From assembly GCF_044704955.1 (NCBI RefSeq), contig NC_091984.1, positions 147,684,001-147,748,000 on the forward strand: a stretch of DNA of 64,000 nt, in the 5' to 3' direction. How positions within the stretch are numbered: the first letter of the stretch is position 1; every line of letters begins with the position of its first letter. Positions 60,801 to 64,000 of the stretch are shown piece by piece. Source of the DNA: Pristiophorus japonicus (taxonomy: Eukaryota). Below the pieces are notes generated by a model. It saw only the letters and a list, made by a program, of their open reading frames with translations. It had not been told where the DNA came from and made no database searches. The position numbers and the translations under genes were made by a program.

Positions 60801-62085
60801 GATAAGGAATAATAAGGGGAAAAAGTCACTGGTGGGCATAGTCTATAGGTCCCCTAACAGTAGCAACTCTGTTGGTCGGAGTATAAACCAAGAAATAGTG
60901 GGGGCTTGTAAAAATGGAACAGCAATAATTATGGGTGATTTTAACCTCCGCATTGATTGGATGAATCAAATTGGTCAGGGTAGTCTTGAGGAAGAGTTGA
61001 TAGAGTGCATAAGGGACGGGTTCCTTGAGCAGTCTATAATGGAACCACCCAGGGGGCAGGCTATCATAGATCTGGTCCTGTGTAATGAGACAGGATAAAT
61101 AAACAATCTCCCAGTAAAGGATCCCCTTGGACTGAGTGATGATAACATGGTTCAATTTCAAATTCAGATGGAGGGTGAGAAAGATGGATCTCTAACCAGC
61201 GTACTAAGCTTAAATAAAGGAGACTACAAAGGTATAAGTGCAGAGTTGGCTAAAATGGACTGGGAAAATAGATTAAAGTGTAGGACGGCTGATGAACAGT
61301 GGCGTACATATGAAGGAGATATTTCACAACTCTCAAGAAAAATATATTCTAGTGGGGAGGAAAGAGTGCAAAAGAAAAGATAGCCATCCGTGGCTAACTA
61401 AAGAAATAAAGAACGGTATCCAATTAAAAACAAGGGCATACAAAGTGGCCAAAACTAGTGGAAGGACAGAAGATTGGGAAGCTTTTAAAAGCCAACAAAG
61501 AATGACTAAAAAAATGATTAAGAAGGGGAAGATAGACGATGAAAGTAAACGAGCACAAAATATAAAAACAGATAGCAAGAGTTTCTATCGATATATAAAA
61601 AGGAAAAGAGTGGCTAAAGTAAATGATGGTCCCTGAGAGGACAAAACCAGGGAATTAGTGATGAGGAACATGGAGATGGCAGAAACTCTGAACAAAGATT
61701 TTGTATCAGTCTTTACGGTAGAGGACACTGAGATGAGGAGGAATTTCTTCTCTCAGAGGTTTGTAAATCTGTGGAATTTGCTGCCTCAGAGAGCTGTGGA
61801 GGCTGGGTCATTGAATATATTTAAGACAGAGATAGACAGTTTCATAACCAATAAGGGAATAAGGGGTTATAGGGAGCGGGCAGGGAAGTTGACCTGAGTC
61901 CATGATCGGATTGGCCATGATCGTATTAAATGGTGGAGCAGGCTCGAGGGACTGTGTGGCCTACTCCTGCTCCTATTTTGTATGTTCTTAAAGTGAGGAG
62001 GAGTGGGACTAATTGGGTAATTCTTTCAAAGAGCCGGCACAGGCACGATGGGCCGAATGGCCTCCTTCTGTGTTATAAGATTCTA
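57811..62085 (+). mobile_element. Patchwork of decayed plus-strand CR1 fragments (EN/RT 57811-60140; ORF1 end plus EN 60165-61725; 3' ends 61725-62085)
   Basis: GVYYRP, KSPGPDEMYPR, FADNTK, ITETWLQ and MGDFN motifs; several tails. Confidence 0.88.
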
Positions 62086-62129
62086 GGCTGTGTGCGCGGT
62101 TCACAGTTTTCTCCCGTGTCATTAACAAA

Positions 62130-62240
62130 CGTACAGCTGTGACAACCTCCCTCTTTCACTTCCTCTGTGGGTGAAGTTTCATTCTTCTGATCTGACAATC
62201 TCTTCAGTTATTTTTTGCACGGGGGATTTCTGCTGTGGTC
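62130..62240. promoter_or_regulatory. Candidate lymphoid enhancer in the putative J-C intron
   Basis: CAGCTG at 62134, TTTCACTTCC (EICE) at 62154, AGTTTCATT, GGGGGATTTC at 62221 and TGTGGT at 62234, all in a unique island. Confidence 0.5.
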
Positions 62241-62309
62241 TGAGTCTCTAATAATAACTGTCCAATAAGGCAGAATAACAGCAGCTCGGACCGGCTCGGA
62301 CAGCGGACC

Positions 62310-62450
62310 CAGGCTCAGTGCTGACCCTGCAACGTCCTCCTCACCAACATCTGGGGACTTGTGTCAAAAGTGGGAGAGCTGCCCCACAGACTAGTCAAGC
62401 ACCAGTTTGACATAGTCCTACTCACAGAATCATACCTTTCAGCCAATGTC
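62310..62450 (+). mobile_element. Fragment of a LINE endonuclease N-terminus
   Basis: NIWGLVSKVGELPHRLVKHQFDIVLLTESYL reading. Confidence 0.6.
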
Positions 62451-62574
62451 CTACTGCACCCCCACCACTGACCTTCCTGCCTCCAAAATCCGTGAATCCT
62501 GAAACAGGAACCCGTTTGAAGAACAGTTTGTATTGAAGTTCTGGGTGTGAAAGAGTCTTTGCTGAGAAAACAAT

Positions 62575-64000
62575 CACGATCACGAGAGAAAAAGTTACTC
62601 GGTAAAATAATGGAACTAAAGGTGGACAAGTACCCTGTACCTGATAGCCTGCATCCTAGGCTCTTAAATGAAGTGGCTGCAGAGATAGTGGATGCATTGG
62701 TTGAAATGCATCAGAGGGTCTAGTGAGGAGGAGGAACTGAAGGATATCCTTGTTCGGCGGGAAATTGTGTAAGTGAAATTGATGGGATTGAAGGCCGGTA
62801 AATCCCCGGGGCCTGATAGTCTGCATCCCAGAGTACTTAAGGATGTGGCCCTAGAAATAGCGGATGCATTTGTGATAATTTTCCAACAGTCTACTGACTC
62901 TGGATCAGTTCCTTTGGACTGGAGGGTAGCTAATGTAACACCACTTTTTAAAAAGGGAGGGAGAGAGAAAGTGGGTAATTATGGACCGGTTAGCCTGACA
63001 TCAGTAGTGGGGAAAATGTTGGAATCAATTATTAAGGATGAAATAGCAGCGCAATTGGAAAGCAGTGACAGGATTGGTCCAAGTCAGCATGGATTTATAA
63101 AGGGGAAATCATGCTTGACAAATCTTCTGGAATTTTTTGAGGATATAACTGGGAGAGTAGACAAGGGAGAACCAGTGGATGTGGTGTATTTGGGCTTTCA
63201 AAAGGCTTTTGACTAGATCCCACACAGGAGATTGGTGTGCAAAATCAAAGCACTTGGTATTGGGGGTAATATACTGACGCGGATAGAGAACTGGTTGGCA
63301 GACAGGAAGCAGAGAGTCGGGATAAATTGGTCCTTTTCAGAATGGCAGGCAGTGACTAGTGGAGTGCCACAGGGCTCAGTGCTGGGACCCCAGCTCTTTA
63401 CAATATACATCAATGATTTGGATGAAGGAATTGAGTGTAATATCTCCAAGTTTGCAGATGACACTAAACTGGGTGGCAGTGTGAGCTGTGAGAGGGACGC
63501 TAGGAGGCTGCAGGGTGAATTGGACAGGTTAGGTGAGTGGGCAAATGCATGGCAGATGCAGTATAATGTGGATAAATGTAAGGTTATCCACTTTGAGGGT
63601 AAAAATGCGAAGACAGAATATTATCTGAATGGAGGCAGATTTGGAAAAGGGGAGGTGCAACGAGACCTGGGTGTCATGGTTCATCAGTCATTGAAAGTTG
63701 GCATACAGGTACAGCAGGCGGTGAGGAAGGCAAATGGTATGTTGGCCTTCATTGCTAGGCGATTTGAGTACAGGAGCAGGGAGGCCTTACTGCAGTTGTA
63801 CAGGGCCTTAGTGAGGCCTCACCTGGAATATTGTGTTCAGTTTTGGTCTCCTAATCTGAGGAAGGACGTTCTTGCTATTGAGGGAGTGCAGCGAAGGTTC
63901 ATCAGACTGATTCCCGGGATGGCTGGACTGACATATGAGGAGAGACTGGATCAACTGGGCCTGTATTCACTGGAGTTTAGAAGGATGAGATGGGATCTCA
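62575..64000 (+). mobile_element. CR1 ORF2 RT (two adjacent pieces) running off the right edge
   Basis: ORF 62773..63216, then the GVPQGSVLGP/FADDTKL region. Confidence 0.95.

Noticed and set aside
56214-64000. Light-chain J or V segments upstream of C
   Set aside because: No FGxGT motif with an RSS and no V-domain frame found; they presumably lie outside the window or are deleted

Overview
This is repeat-dense vertebrate genomic DNA, almost certainly from a shark or ray, judging by the CR1 LINEs with (TTTCTATG)n tails, Deu-domain SacSINE1-type SINEs and a type I/sigma-cart-like Ig light-chain C exon. Most of the window is decayed transposable elements: many CR1s, L2, RTE, a young Tx1, two nested Mag-like Gypsy elements and two Harbinger elements. 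An inverted segmental duplication has arms at about 5.5-27.1 kb and 44.9-52.4 kb. Between the arms lies a decayed, retrovirus-like provirus on the minus strand (27918-42149). It has an Arg-tRNA PBS, gag with a CCHC knuckle, an in-frame UGA-CGG gag/pol junction, two RNase H domains (lokiretrovirus-like), and an env-position ORF reading signal peptide + immunoglobulin-like domain + coiled coil + TM. It inserted into a sister provirus that has a similar integrase but a different 3' cargo. The right part of the window holds a frameshifted Ig light-chain constant exon (55886-56213, minus). Upstream of it is a candidate B-cell enhancer. About 1.9 kb downstream of it is a 23-spacer RSS followed by a degenerate WGQ.T.VT J-like segment, a possible kappa-deleting-element analogue. 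Remnant exons of an unidentified host gene are also present. I see no intact cellular CDS, tRNA/rRNA gene or CRISPR array. Family assignments come from motif recognition, not database searches.
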